This document shows, piece by piece, positions 18,904-27,789 of a stretch of 64,000 bases of DNA (positions are counted from its first letter, which is position 1; each line of letters begins with the position of its first letter). The notes below the pieces were generated by a model, which saw only the letters and a program-made list of their open reading frames with translations, was not told the DNA's origin and made no database searches. Source of the DNA: a virus. Taxonomy: Duplodnaviria; Caudoviricetes. The stretch covers positions 1-64,000 of the IMG/VR virus record IMGVR_UViG_3300029305_011953. One strand, 5' to 3'. Both the position numbers and the translations under genes were made by a program.

Positions 18904-21017
18904 TTGTACCGTTTAGAGGATATGTAAAAACCAAGGATAAAAGCCCTTGTCAGAAGTTCGGAAACGGAGAGCCACTTTTGACATTGGAAGAAGTGGAAAA
19001 TCTCGATGAATACGCAGGGATATTAAACGGTGAGTTTACGGTCAAAGACGTGGACGAAACTGGTGAGGCGGAAAGGGTTTATAGGTTCGTAACCGATATG
19101 AACTACAACTGCCGTGTATACAAAACGACCAGGGGTCTGCACTTTATGTTCAAAAGCAGTCCCTATTGCACGAAAGGCGTGGTTAAGGCTACCGATGCGC
19201 TCGGTTTTTCCTTCGACGTCCGCACGGGCAAGAATATGTACGTAGTCTTGAAAAGCAAGGGGAAAGTAAGAGAAATTATTCGAGATTTTGACGAGTCTCG
19301 ACCGATTGACGAATTTCCTAAATGCCTTGCACCTGTCCGCAATGCCCAGAAGTTCACCGGTATGGGTGACGGTGATGGAAGAAACGGTGCATTGTTCAAG
19401 CATTCTGCTTTACTTTTGAAATGCGGATATACGCCTTCCGAGGTAAAGAGTATTCTGTATTTTATCAACAACTACGCATTCGACGAACGCCTCTCTGAAG
19501 AAGAGATGCAGAAGATAACCAGAAGAGAGGCATTAGAGAATTTCGTAGAGAGTAGCTCTGCGGCAGAAGACTTCGGTAACCCTCTTAAGCCGACTACGCA
19601 AAACGATATCGGTATGGCGGAATTGTTCGTGCAAGAATACCGAAATGAGGTGCGTTATAGCCCTGCAACGGGGTGGATTGTTTGGGATGGAACGAGATGG
19701 GAGCCTTCTGAACTGAAAGCGGAGCAGAAGTATATCGAGTTCGTGAAAAGAGCGCTGAAAGAGGCTCGAAAAGAGGTGCAGAACTCTTATGGCACTCTTG
19801 GCGAAGTTGCTATGGGAGAGGGCGAAAAGAGTGCAAAAGAGGATGCGGAGAGAGCGATAAAAGAGGCGCTTGCTTATTTCAAATTCGTCAACAAGATGTG
19901 CGATAGCGGAAAAATAAAAGCCGTGATGAGCATTGCGAAGGGGTTTCTTGAAATAGGTGTTAGCGAATTGGACAGCAATCCGTTTGAATTGAACACACCC
20001 TTTGGCATTGTGGATTTGAAAACGGGAGTAGTATATCCGCACCGTGCGGAGTCATATTGCACCAAAATAACCAAGGTGGCTGCGACGATGGACGGTATGG
20101 ATATGTGGCAAGAATGTCTTGACTTGGTTTCGCAGAACGACGAGGAGTTCAAGTCATATTTGCAAACCGCCGCCGGAGCGATTGCAATTGGTAAGGTCTA
20201 TCAAGAGGCACTCATCATTGCCTTTGGGGACGGCGCAAACGGCAAAAGCACGGTTTTCAACACAATTTATGAAGTTTTAGGCGATTATGCGGGCAAAATC
20301 CCTGCGGAATCGCTGACTACGAAGGCGAGAAACACCAAAGTTGACCTTGCAGAACTGCTTGGAAAGCGGTTTGTCCTTGCAAGCGAAACGGAAGAAGGTC
20401 AACGTCTTTCTACCAGTATGCTGAAACAGATTGCAAGCGTGGATACCATCACGGGCGAGAAAAAGTACCACGATCCGTTCACGTTCACACCTACGCACAC
20501 AACTGTGCTTTATACGAACCACCTGCCGAGAGTAGGTAGCAACGATAAAGGCACGTGGCGAAGACTGATAGTTGCACCGTTTAACGCAAACATTAAGAAC
20601 CCCAGAACCAACTATGGCGAAGAACTGCTGACGAAGGCAAGCGGTGCGGTTTTGAAGTGGATAATCGACGGCGCAAAGATGTTTATTGACGGCGGGTTCA
20701 AGATACCGCATTGCAAAAAGGTGGACGATGCGATTGGCAAGTACCGTGAAGAGAACGATTGGCTTGCACATTTCCTTTCGGAGTGTTGCATTGTCGGCGA
20801 AAAGGAGTCGGTCGGCGGGGGCGTGCTTTATAAGGCTTACCGCGCGTGGGCTACGGAAACGGGCGAGTATGTGCGCCGAAATAGGGATTTTGCGGATGCG
20901 TTGCGTGTCGCAGGTTTTGAAATGAAGAAAACAAGCAAAGAAAACGTATGGAAAGGGCTGACTTTGTCGGTTGACAGAGCATACGGTACAACGGCAGAGG
21001 AGGATTTCCTGAAATAA
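18900..21017 (+). CDS. P4-family primase/helicase (prim-pol domain + D5-like SF3 helicase)
   Basis: KTTRGLHF prim-pol segment, GDGANGKST Walker A, LASETEEG. Confidence 0.85.
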   Translation: MIVPFRGYVKTKDKSPCQKFGNGEPLLTLEEVENLDEYAGILNGEFTVKDVDETGEAERVYRFVTDMNYNCRVYKTTRGLHFMFKSSPYCTKGVVKATDALGFSFDVRTGKNMYVVLKSKGKVREIIRDFDESRPIDEFPKCLAPVRNAQKFTGMGDGDGRNGALFKHSALLLKCGYTPSEVKSILYFINNYAFDERLSEEEMQKITRREALENFVESSSAAEDFGNPLKPTTQNDIGMAELFVQEYRNEVRYSPATGWIVWDGTRWEPSELKAEQKYIEFVKRALKEARKEVQNSYGTLGEVAMGEGEKSAKEDAERAIKEALAYFKFVNKMCDSGKIKAVMSIAKGFLEIGVSELDSNPFELNTPFGIVDLKTGVVYPHRAESYCTKITKVAATMDGMDMWQECLDLVSQNDEEFKSYLQTAAGAIAIGKVYQEALIIAFGDGANGKSTVFNTIYEVLGDYAGKIPAESLTTKARNTKVDLAELLGKRFVLASETEEGQRLSTSMLKQIASVDTITGEKKYHDPFTFTPTHTTVLYTNHLPRVGSNDKGTWRRLIVAPFNANIKNPRTNYGEELLTKASGAVLKWIIDGAKMFIDGGFKIPHCKKVDDAIGKYREENDWLAHFLSECCIVGEKESVGGGVLYKAYRAWATETGEYVRRNRDFADALRVAGFEMKKTSKENVWKGLTLSVDRAYGTTAEEDFLK

Positions 21018-21022
21018 GGGTA

Positions 21023-21121
21023 GTGGAAGATAAATGGAGTATGAAACAGTAAATTTACTTAAAGAAATCAAAAAATTAAAAAATATAGAAATTTATGAAT
21101 TTATACTCCATTATCCTCCAC
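21023..21121. repeat. ~19-bp inverted repeat around an AT-rich core; candidate phage replication origin
   Basis: gtggaagataaatggagtat (21023-21042) versus atactccattatcctccac (21103-21121). Confidence 0.55.
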
Positions 21122-21143
21122 AGCAATTCTCAAGGGTGGCTGT

Positions 21144-21425
21144 ATGGAAGAAAAGCGAATAGAAAGGAAACTTAAAAAGGCGGTCAAAAATTGCGGAGGT
21201 ATGTGCTTGAAATTCGTGTCCCCATCTTTTGATGGCGTTCCCGACAGGATTGTACTGCTACCGCAAGGACGCATTGCTTTTGTAGAAACAAAGGCAACGG
21301 GAGAGGAAATGCGACCTCTCCAGAAATACAGAAAAAGGCAGTTGGAAAGACTCGGTTTTTTGGTTTTCTGCCTTGACAACGAAAACGACATAGGAGAGAT
21401 TATCAATGAAATACGTACCGTATGA
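21144..21425 (+). CDS. VRR-NUC domain protein
   Basis: GGMCLKFVSP..GVPDRIVL....FVETK......LQ. Confidence 0.85.
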   Translation: MEEKRIERKLKKAVKNCGGMCLKFVSPSFDGVPDRIVLLPQGRIAFVETKATGEEMRPLQKYRKRQLERLGFLVFCLDNENDIGEIINEIRTV

Positions 21426-22752
21426 ATATCAGCAATACGCCACAAGGTTTATCGAAAAAAACGAGGTCGCAGCCATTTTCCTGGAATGCGGTCTTGGGAA
21501 GAGTGTGATAACCTTGACGGCAATCAAAAACTTAATAGCAAAGGGCGAAGTAAAAAAAGTGCTTGTCATTGCGCCTTTGCGTGTAGGGAAGACAACTTGG
21601 CCCGATGAAATTGAAAAGTGGGAACACCTGAAAGGCTTGACCTATTCGGTTGCAATCGGGACGGTAAAGGAAAGGGAGTCGGCGTTAAGAAAAAATGCAG
21701 ATATCACGATCATTAACAGAGAAAACGTGGAATGGCTGATTGCGAAAAGCGGAGTTCCCTTTGACTACGATATGGTGGTTATAGACGAGCTTTCGTCCTT
21801 CAAATCCTATAAAGCAAAGCGTTTCAAATATCTTTTGAAAGCAAGACCTACGGTGGAAAGGATTGTCGGCTTGACGGGAACGCCTTCTTCCAACGGCTTG
21901 ATGGATTTGTGGGCGCAGTTCCGATTGCTTGACCTTGGCGAAAGACTGGGGCGGTACATAACCAGATACCGTGAAGGCTACTTCACTCCCGATAAGCGGA
22001 ATGCCCAAGTGGTATTTTCCTACAAACCCTTGCCTGGGGCGGAAGAGAAAATCTACGATAAAATCGGCGATATTACGATTTCGATGAAAGCAAAGGATTA
22101 TTTGAAAATGCCAGACCTCGTGATGAATACCGTAAAGGTTAAAATGTCGGATAAAGATGGGGCAATTTACGAGCAGTTGAAGGATGATATGTTCATCGAT
22201 ATTCGTGAAGAGGAAATCGACGTTGCAAATGCGGCGGCTCTGTCAAATAAACTTCAACAGTTGGCGAACGGTGCGATTTACGGCGTGGACAAGAAGGTCA
22301 TCCGTATCCACGACGGGAAGTTGGATGCTTTGGAGGATTTAATCGAGAGCGCCAACGGCAAACCAGTCCTTGTGGCGTATTGGTTCAAGCACGATTTGGA
22401 ACGCATCAAGGAGCGTTTTCCTTTCGTTCGTGAAATCAAAACCCCCGACGATATAAAGGCTTGGAACAAGGGGGAAATCCTTGTGGGGATTATTCATCCT
22501 GCATCCGCCGGACACGGCTTGAATTTACAACAGGGCGGTTCGACGATGATATGGTTTGGCTTAACGTGGAGCTTGGAACTTTATCAACAAACGATTGCAA
22601 GGTTGTACCGCCAAGGGCAAACGAAAACGGTTGTGGTACACCACATTGTAACCGAGGGGACGATTGACGAGTTGATGTTGGTTTCCCTTGACAGGAAAGA
22701 AAAAAGACAAGACGCATTGATTGATGCGGTAAAAGCACAGATAAGGAGGTAG
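21406..22752 (+). CDS. SNF2-family helicase
   Basis: ECGLGKS, VVIDELS, GLTGTP, AGHGLNLQ, QTIARLYRQGQ. Confidence 0.9.
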   Translation: MKYVPYEYQQYATRFIEKNEVAAIFLECGLGKSVITLTAIKNLIAKGEVKKVLVIAPLRVGKTTWPDEIEKWEHLKGLTYSVAIGTVKERESALRKNADITIINRENVEWLIAKSGVPFDYDMVVIDELSSFKSYKAKRFKYLLKARPTVERIVGLTGTPSSNGLMDLWAQFRLLDLGERLGRYITRYREGYFTPDKRNAQVVFSYKPLPGAEEKIYDKIGDITISMKAKDYLKMPDLVMNTVKVKMSDKDGAIYEQLKDDMFIDIREEEIDVANAAALSNKLQQLANGAIYGVDKKVIRIHDGKLDALEDLIESANGKPVLVAYWFKHDLERIKERFPFVREIKTPDDIKAWNKGEILVGIIHPASAGHGLNLQQGGSTMIWFGLTWSLELYQQTIARLYRQGQTKTVVVHHIVTEGTIDELMLVSLDRKEKRQDALIDAVKAQIRR

Positions 22753-22755
22753 CGT

Positions 22756-22974
22756 ATGAAATCAGCAGAGTGGCAAGAAAACCTGGCACACGCCATTATA
22801 TTGCAAGCGGTGAGGGATTACCGTGATGTGCGAAAAATCTTACGCAAGTATCCCGAACACGACTTGTCTTTGAAATTAAAAGCAGAAGTGGAGGAGTTCT
22901 TCCTTTCGAGTTGGTTCACGGTTTTAACGAACCTTGATGGGAAGGCACTCTTAAAAAAATTACAGGAGGAGTGA
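22756..22974 (+). CDS. Small conserved phage protein
   Basis: GGAGG RBS; LAHAIILQAVRDY...EEFFLSSWF. Confidence 0.7.
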   Translation: MKSAEWQENLAHAIILQAVRDYRDVRKILRKYPEHDLSLKLKAEVEEFFLSSWFTVLTNLDGKALLKKLQEE

Positions 22975-22978
22975 GAAT

Positions 22979-23392
22979 ATGACAAAGAAGGAATATCTGA
23001 ACCAAGCGTATTATTTGGATAAGCAAATCAAACGGGATTTGTTGCAATTGGAAAACTTAAAAAGCATAGCCGATTCCATTCCTTCGCCGTGCTTTGGGGA
23101 AAAGGTAAAGAGTACGAGAAACTTCGACCCGCCGTTCGTGAGAACGTTAGAAAAGATATGGCAAAAGGAGGAAGAAATCAACGTGGAGATTGCAAAGCTA
23201 CTGGATTTGAAGGACGAGATTCGTGCGGTCATTAATACGCTTGCAAATCAAGACGAGAGATTGGTTTTGGACTACCGCTACCTGCTTTTCCATAAGTTGG
23301 AGGAGATAGCGGCGGAAATGAACGTGAGTATGTCGAGCGTTAAGCGTTGGCACCAGAACGGAATAAAAAATTTGACGATTCCTAAAAGTTGA
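22979..23392 (+). CDS. DUF1492/ArpU/RinA-like late transcriptional activator
   Basis: MTKKEYLNQAY start; ERLVLDYRYL...LEEIAAEMNVSMSSVKRWH HTH; position just before the late operon. Confidence 0.75.
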   Translation: MTKKEYLNQAYYLDKQIKRDLLQLENLKSIADSIPSPCFGEKVKSTRNFDPPFVRTLEKIWQKEEEINVEIAKLLDLKDEIRAVINTLANQDERLVLDYRYLLFHKLEEIAAEMNVSMSSVKRWHQNGIKNLTIPKS

Positions 23393-23465
23393 ACCCTTTT
23401 GAGCCTTTTTTATCCAAATTGAGCCGAAATGAGCCTTGATGAGCCGTTGCCATTTGTGGTATGAT
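23390..23465 (+). promoter_or_regulatory. Putative late promoter: TGAGCC direct repeats at 10-bp period plus extended -10
   Basis: TGAACC/TGAGCC at 23390, 23400, 23420, 23430 and 23440 (degenerate at 23410); TGgTATGAT at 23457-23465. Confidence 0.65.
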
Positions 23466-23485
23466 ATACTTGTGAAAATATAACG

Positions 23486-23516
23486 TAAGCCTTTGAGAAA
23501 TCAAGGGCTTATTTTT
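23486..23516 (+). terminator. Intrinsic terminator-like hairpin in the late-operon leader
   Basis: taagcctttga-gaaa-tcaagggctta followed by ttttt. Confidence 0.65.
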
Positions 23517-23530
23517 ATGGGGAAATAATT

Positions 23531-23911
23531 ATGCCAAGAAAACCGAAGAAACCGTGTGCGTTTCCTGGTTGTCCTAAATTAACTGACGGAAGATACTGTG
23601 AAGAGCATACCAAGGTGATGAACGACAGGTACAATAAATATGAACGCCCCTACGATTCTTCGGAAAGGTATGGAAGTCTGTGGCGGAAGATAAGAAACCG
23701 CTACATCAAAAAGCATCCTTACTGTGAGGAGTGCTTGAAGAACAGAAAGCTGACGAAGGCAGAAGAAGTTCATCACATTCTTCCGTTGAACCATGGAGGA
23801 ACACACGCAGAAAATAATTTGATGTCTCTGTGCAAGCCATGTCACTCACGCATCACAGCATTGATGGGAGACCGCTGGGGCAAGCCAACAGAGGATGGGT
23901 CTAAAAAGTAG
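23531..23911 (+). CDS. Terminase-associated HNH endonuclease
   Basis: CEEC...EVHHILPL..GG....NLMSLCKPCH. Confidence 0.9.
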   Translation: MPRKPKKPCAFPGCPKLTDGRYCEEHTKVMNDRYNKYERPYDSSERYGSLWRKIRNRYIKKHPYCEECLKNRKLTKAEEVHHILPLNHGGTHAENNLMSLCKPCHSRITALMGDRWGKPTEDGSKK

Positions 23912-23958
23912 GCGCAACCTCCCGCGAGGATGGGTCTATTTTTTTTACGCAACCTCCC
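23891..23958 (+). repeat. Two tandem 33-bp units GAGGATGGGTCT-N10-CGCAACCTCCC (35-bp period)
   Basis: Units at 23891-23923 and 23926-23958; flanks identical, 10-nt centres differ. Confidence 0.8.
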
Positions 23959-23976
23959 TTGGGGGCATCGGGGGTA

Positions 23977-24060
23977 GGGGAGGTCAAATCTCTGGCTCTC
24001 CCTGCCGAACAGCGGGCGCGGGCTTTCGTGTGCAAAAATTGCTTTTCAAACGTGGTATTA
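23977..24060 (+). other. Probable cos/packaging-initiation region
   Basis: G-rich GGGGAGGTCAAATCTCTG...GGGCGCGGG...GTGTGCAAAAATTGC between HNH and terS; assignment based on position. Confidence 0.45.
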
Positions 24061-24090
24061 ACCCCACCCCTAAAATGAAGGAGGAAAACT

Positions 24091-24627
24091 GTGGCAAAAG
24101 ACGGAACAATGCGAGGTGGCGCTCGTATCGGTGCAGGCAAGAAACCAAAGGCTCTGCACGAAAAAATCGCCGAGGGAAAAGACGATGGTGCAATGGTGCT
24201 GCCGAACCCTATTGATTTGGACGGAGTTGACGTTCCGCCCGTGAAAGAATATTTGAAAGCCACCCAGAAAAACGGAAAGGCGATGTGCGCCGAGGAAGTG
24301 TACAAGGAAATCTATCTGTGGCTGAAACAAAGACGGTGTGAAAAGCTCGTCAGCAAGCAACTCATCGAGCAGTACGCAATGAGCGTTTCTCGTTGGGTGC
24401 AATGTGAAGAAGCGATTTCCGAATATGGTTTCCTTGCGAAACACCCCACGACAGGGAACGCAATCGCAAGTCCGTATGTGGCGATGAGCCAACAGTATAT
24501 GAAGCAGTCGAACCAAATCTGGTATCAAATCTTCCAGGTAGTAAAAGAGAACTGCTCGGTGGATTATGGTGGCAGTCCGCACGACGATATGATGGAAAAA
24601 TTACTCGCATCAAGGCGAGGAAAATAA
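24091..24627 (+). CDS. terS: Terminase small subunit (P27-like)
   Basis: RGGARIGAGKK start, AKHPTTGNAIASPYV; follows HNH. Confidence 0.85.
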   Translation: MAKDGTMRGGARIGAGKKPKALHEKIAEGKDDGAMVLPNPIDLDGVDVPPVKEYLKATQKNGKAMCAEEVYKEIYLWLKQRRCEKLVSKQLIEQYAMSVSRWVQCEEAISEYGFLAKHPTTGNAIASPYVAMSQQYMKQSNQIWYQIFQVVKENCSVDYGGSPHDDMMEKLLASRRGK

Positions 24628-24643
24628 AGGAGAGATACGAAAA

Positions 24644-25678
24644 ATGAGACTTTTTTCTACGGAACAAGTCAGCAAGTATCATCCCGATAAATATGCAGAC
24701 CAAATTTCGGATGCGATTTTGACGGCTTGCTTGCGCCAAGACAAAGACAGCCATTGTGGAATTGAAACGATGGTCAAGGACAACACGGTCGTTCTCGGTG
24801 GCGAGATTACGACCAAGGCAAAAATCGACGTTGAGCAGATTGTAAAGCAAGTTGCTGCCAAGCTCGGCTATACGGTGGATAAGGTTATAAACCTTATCGG
24901 TCAGCAATCGCCGCAAATCAATAACGCGGTATCCTCGGTGGAAGAAATCGGTGCGGGAGACCAAGGCACGATGTTTGGGTATGCTACAGCAGAAACATCA
25001 AGCAGACTTCCGTTTGGTTTTGACCTTGCGAATAAAATCATCAAGGCGATTGAAACGGACGTGGAGACGAACCCCGATACGATTTTTAAGGGCGATGCAA
25101 AAACGCAGGTAGTCGTTGACCTTGACAAAGAGCCGACCTTTGAATCGGTAAAAAGTATCCTCGTTTCGGCTTGCCATAAAGAGGGAATTGCTCTTGATGT
25201 CGTAAAATGCCGAATTAGGGCGTTAATTGCCGAAATTTGGGACGATACCGAACTCCCCGAACTGATTATCAATCCGTCGGGAGCGTGGACAATTGGCGGT
25301 GCTACGGCGGATTGCGGTTTGACGGGTAGAAAGATTGTTTGCGACCAATACGGTGGCTACTGTGCTGTCGGCGGCGGTGCTTTCTCTGGCAAAGACCCGA
25401 CGAAGGTTGACCGTTCGGCGAGTTATATTGCGAGAAAAATTGCTGTTGACTTGCTCGAAGCGTATGACCTTAAGTGGTGCGAAGTACAGCTTGGTTATGC
25501 AATCGGCATCGCAGAACCCATTTCCGTTTGCGTAAAAAACGACAAAGGGTTTGACCTTTCCGACGAAGTAAGAAAATATTATTCGTTGACCCCTCGTGGA
25601 ATTATCGAAGAACTCGGTCTTTTAGAAAAGGACTACGAGAAGATTGCGGAAGGGTGTCATTATAGGGAAAAATTCTAA
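24644..25678 (+). CDS. metK: Phage-encoded methionine adenosyltransferase (SAM synthetase), shortened
   Basis: HPDK..DQISDAIL, GAGDQG, GLTGRK, GGGAFSGKDPTKVDRS. Confidence 0.9.
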   Translation: MRLFSTEQVSKYHPDKYADQISDAILTACLRQDKDSHCGIETMVKDNTVVLGGEITTKAKIDVEQIVKQVAAKLGYTVDKVINLIGQQSPQINNAVSSVEEIGAGDQGTMFGYATAETSSRLPFGFDLANKIIKAIETDVETNPDTIFKGDAKTQVVVDLDKEPTFESVKSILVSACHKEGIALDVVKCRIRALIAEIWDDTELPELIINPSGAWTIGGATADCGLTGRKIVCDQYGGYCAVGGGAFSGKDPTKVDRSASYIARKIAVDLLEAYDLKWCEVQLGYAIGIAEPISVCVKNDKGFDLSDEVRKYYSLTPRGIIEELGLLEKDYEKIAEGCHYREKF

Positions 25679-25706
25679 ATTTTCCTAAAAATTTTATTAA
25701 AAACGT

Positions 25707-25735
25707 TTGACAAGATAAAAAAATGTGGATATAAT
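25707..25735 (+). promoter_or_regulatory. Perfect consensus sigma70/A promoter of the nucleotidyltransferase moron
   Basis: TTGACA (25707-25712), 17 bp, TATAAT (25730-25735). Confidence 0.85.
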
Positions 25736-25795
25736 ACTATGATTTAGTGCAGAAAGTGCTAAATGGGTGGCTTGGGAAACAAGGAGTTTTGTATT

Positions 25796-26446
25796 ATGTA
25801 CCACTATATCGAAGACAAAGAATTTTTGAAGAGAATGCGTAGCCTGTGCGCCGACATTATTAACCAGTTGGTTCAAAAAATCAACAGGGAAGGAAAAATG
25901 ACGGTTGAAGCTCACCTTGTTGGTAGCGGGGCGAGAAATATGGAAACGCAAAATGCCAATCAACCCGTTGACCTTGACTATAACCTTTGGGTCTATAAGT
26001 GCGATGATATAAATGATTGTCGTGCAATCAAAGAATACGTGAGAAAAACTTTCAATAAGGTGTTGAAAGCAAATGGTTGGTCTGACTGCGAGGATTCAAC
26101 TTCTTCCTTAACGACGGAAAGAAGACACTTCACGAAAGGAAATCAAACGGAATTTAGTATCGACCTTGCTATTGTTGCAGAAGGGCGCACAGACAACTGG
26201 TATCGACTTATCCATAAGAAGACGGGATATGTGCAGAGGGATGAATATTGGTGGCAAGAAGCACCACATTCCGATGGGCTGCGAGATAAGGTTGACGATT
26301 TAAAAGACAATGATTTGTGGCTTGAGGTTCGTCAAACCTATCTCGACAAGAAAAATATGTATTTGAGAAGGCAGGATAAAAACCATCCTTCTTTCAACGT
26401 GTACATAGAATCGGTAAATGAAGTTTACTATAAGCATTTTAGATAA
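25796..26446 (+). CDS. Pol-beta-superfamily nucleotidyltransferase, cGAS/DncV (CD-NTase/SMODS)-like
   Basis: LVGSGARN...VDLDYNL (GS...DxD), DSTSSLT strand, FSIDLAIV third Asp; AAGGAG RBS. Confidence 0.65.
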   Translation: MYHYIEDKEFLKRMRSLCADIINQLVQKINREGKMTVEAHLVGSGARNMETQNANQPVDLDYNLWVYKCDDINDCRAIKEYVRKTFNKVLKANGWSDCEDSTSSLTTERRHFTKGNQTEFSIDLAIVAEGRTDNWYRLIHKKTGYVQRDEYWWQEAPHSDGLRDKVDDLKDNDLWLEVRQTYLDKKNMYLRRQDKNHPSFNVYIESVNEVYYKHFR

Positions 26447-26463
26447 AAATAAATAATTGACGG

Positions 26464-26491
26464 AACCGTCCTGTAAAAGGGGCGGTTTTTT
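26464..26491 (+). terminator. Intrinsic terminator closing the nucleotidyltransferase moron
   Basis: aaccgtcc...gggcggtt stem plus T run. Confidence 0.7.
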
Positions 26492-26511
26492 CATGCCAAA
26501 AAGGAGGAATA

Positions 26512-27789
26512 ATGGCGAGAACAACGACAGAAATGCAACTGATCGAACTCTCGAAATTGGTCCCGTATGTCAATAACGCACGAACGCACTCGGTGGAGCA
26601 GATAAACAAACTTCGGTCGAGTCTTCGTGAGTTTGGTTTTATTAACCCAGTCATTATTGACAAGGACTACGGCATCATCGCGGGACACGGTCGTGTGATT
26701 GCAGCGAGAGAAGAAGGTATTGAAAAAGTGCCTTGCGTGTTGGTGGATTATCTCACGGAGGCACAGAAGAAAGCGTACATTTTGGCTGACAACCGTATGG
26801 CTTTGGATGCAGGATGGGATGAAGAACTTCTGCGTGTGGAAATCGAGGCTTTGCAAGGCGAGAACTTTGACGTTGGTTTGACGGGTTTTGATGAAAAGGA
26901 ACTTGCAGACCTCTTCAAAGGGGAAGATAAGGAAATCGAAGATGACGATTTTGACTTAACCGCCGCCCTTGAAAAAGCATCGTTTGTACAAAGGGGCGAT
27001 GTTTGGACGGTGGGACGGCATAGGCTCGTGTGCGGTGATGCGACCAATGCCGACGACGTGAAAACCTTAATGGACGGCAAACGCGCCAACCTCATTCTGA
27101 CAGATCCGCCGTATGGCGTTTCCTTTAAGAGTAAGAGTGGCTTGACTATCCAAAACGACAGTATGAAGGACGATGAGTTCTATCAATTCTTATATAAAGC
27201 CTTCGTGAATATGGCGGAAAATTTAGAGCCAGGCGGTTCTGCTTATGTTTTCCACGCCGACACCGAAGGCTTAAAGTTTAGAAAGGCGTTTATTGATGCA
27301 GGTTTCCACCTTGCCGGTGTTTGCATTTGGGCGAAGAATAGCCTTGTCCTTGGCAGGTCGGATTATCAATGGCAACACGAACCCGTTTTATACGGCTTTT
27401 TGCAGAACGGCAAGCATAAGTGGTATTCGGATAGAAAGCAGACGACCATTTGGAACTTTAACAAGCCTAAACGCAATGAAAATCATCCCACGAGTAAGCC
27501 ACTTGACTTGCTCGGCTATGCGTTGAAGAACTCTTCGCAGGAAAATGCTATTGTTGTGGATACGTTCGGCGGAAGTGGTTCTACGCTTATGGCGTGCGAG
27601 GGGATGAATCGTATCTGCTATACCATTGAACTTGACGAAAAGTACGCATCCGTTATTCTTCGTCGATATGTCGAGGATACTGGCAATGCAGATGGAGTCT
27701 TCGTGGTGCGAGATGGTAAGCAAATCCCGTATGCCGACCTTGTAAAAGAAGTGCAAGGCAGAAACAGCAATGCGGATAGCGATAATTGA
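26512..27789 (+). CDS. ParB-like domain + N6-adenine/N4-cytosine DNA methyltransferase (beta class)
   Basis: PYVNNARTHS..GFINPVII..IIAGHGR ParB domain; TDPPY; HPTSKP; DTFGGSGST. Confidence 0.9.
   Translation: MARTTTEMQLIELSKLVPYVNNARTHSVEQINKLRSSLREFGFINPVIIDKDYGIIAGHGRVIAAREEGIEKVPCVLVDYLTEAQKKAYILADNRMALDAGWDEELLRVEIEALQGENFDVGLTGFDEKELADLFKGEDKEIEDDDFDLTAALEKASFVQRGDVWTVGRHRLVCGDATNADDVKTLMDGKRANLILTDPPYGVSFKSKSGLTIQNDSMKDDEFYQFLYKAFVNMAENLEPGGSAYVFHADTEGLKFRKAFIDAGFHLAGVCIWAKNSLVLGRSDYQWQHEPVLYGFLQNGKHKWYSDRKQTTIWNFNKPKRNENHPTSKPLDLLGYALKNSSQENAIVVDTFGGSGSTLMACEGMNRICYTIELDEKYASVILRRYVEDTGNADGVFVVRDGKQIPYADLVKEVQGRNSNADSDN

Noticed and set aside
23891-23958. Repeat-spacer-repeat look suggesting a mini CRISPR array
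   Set aside because: Only two units, 10-nt variable centres, 2-nt gap, no leader or cas operon. DUF2800 is a Cas4-like phage exonuclease, not CRISPR evidence.
23895-24215. 106-aa plus-strand ORF across the HNH-terS gap
   Set aside because: Low-complexity G/R-rich translation of the repeat/cos region; overlaps terS out of frame
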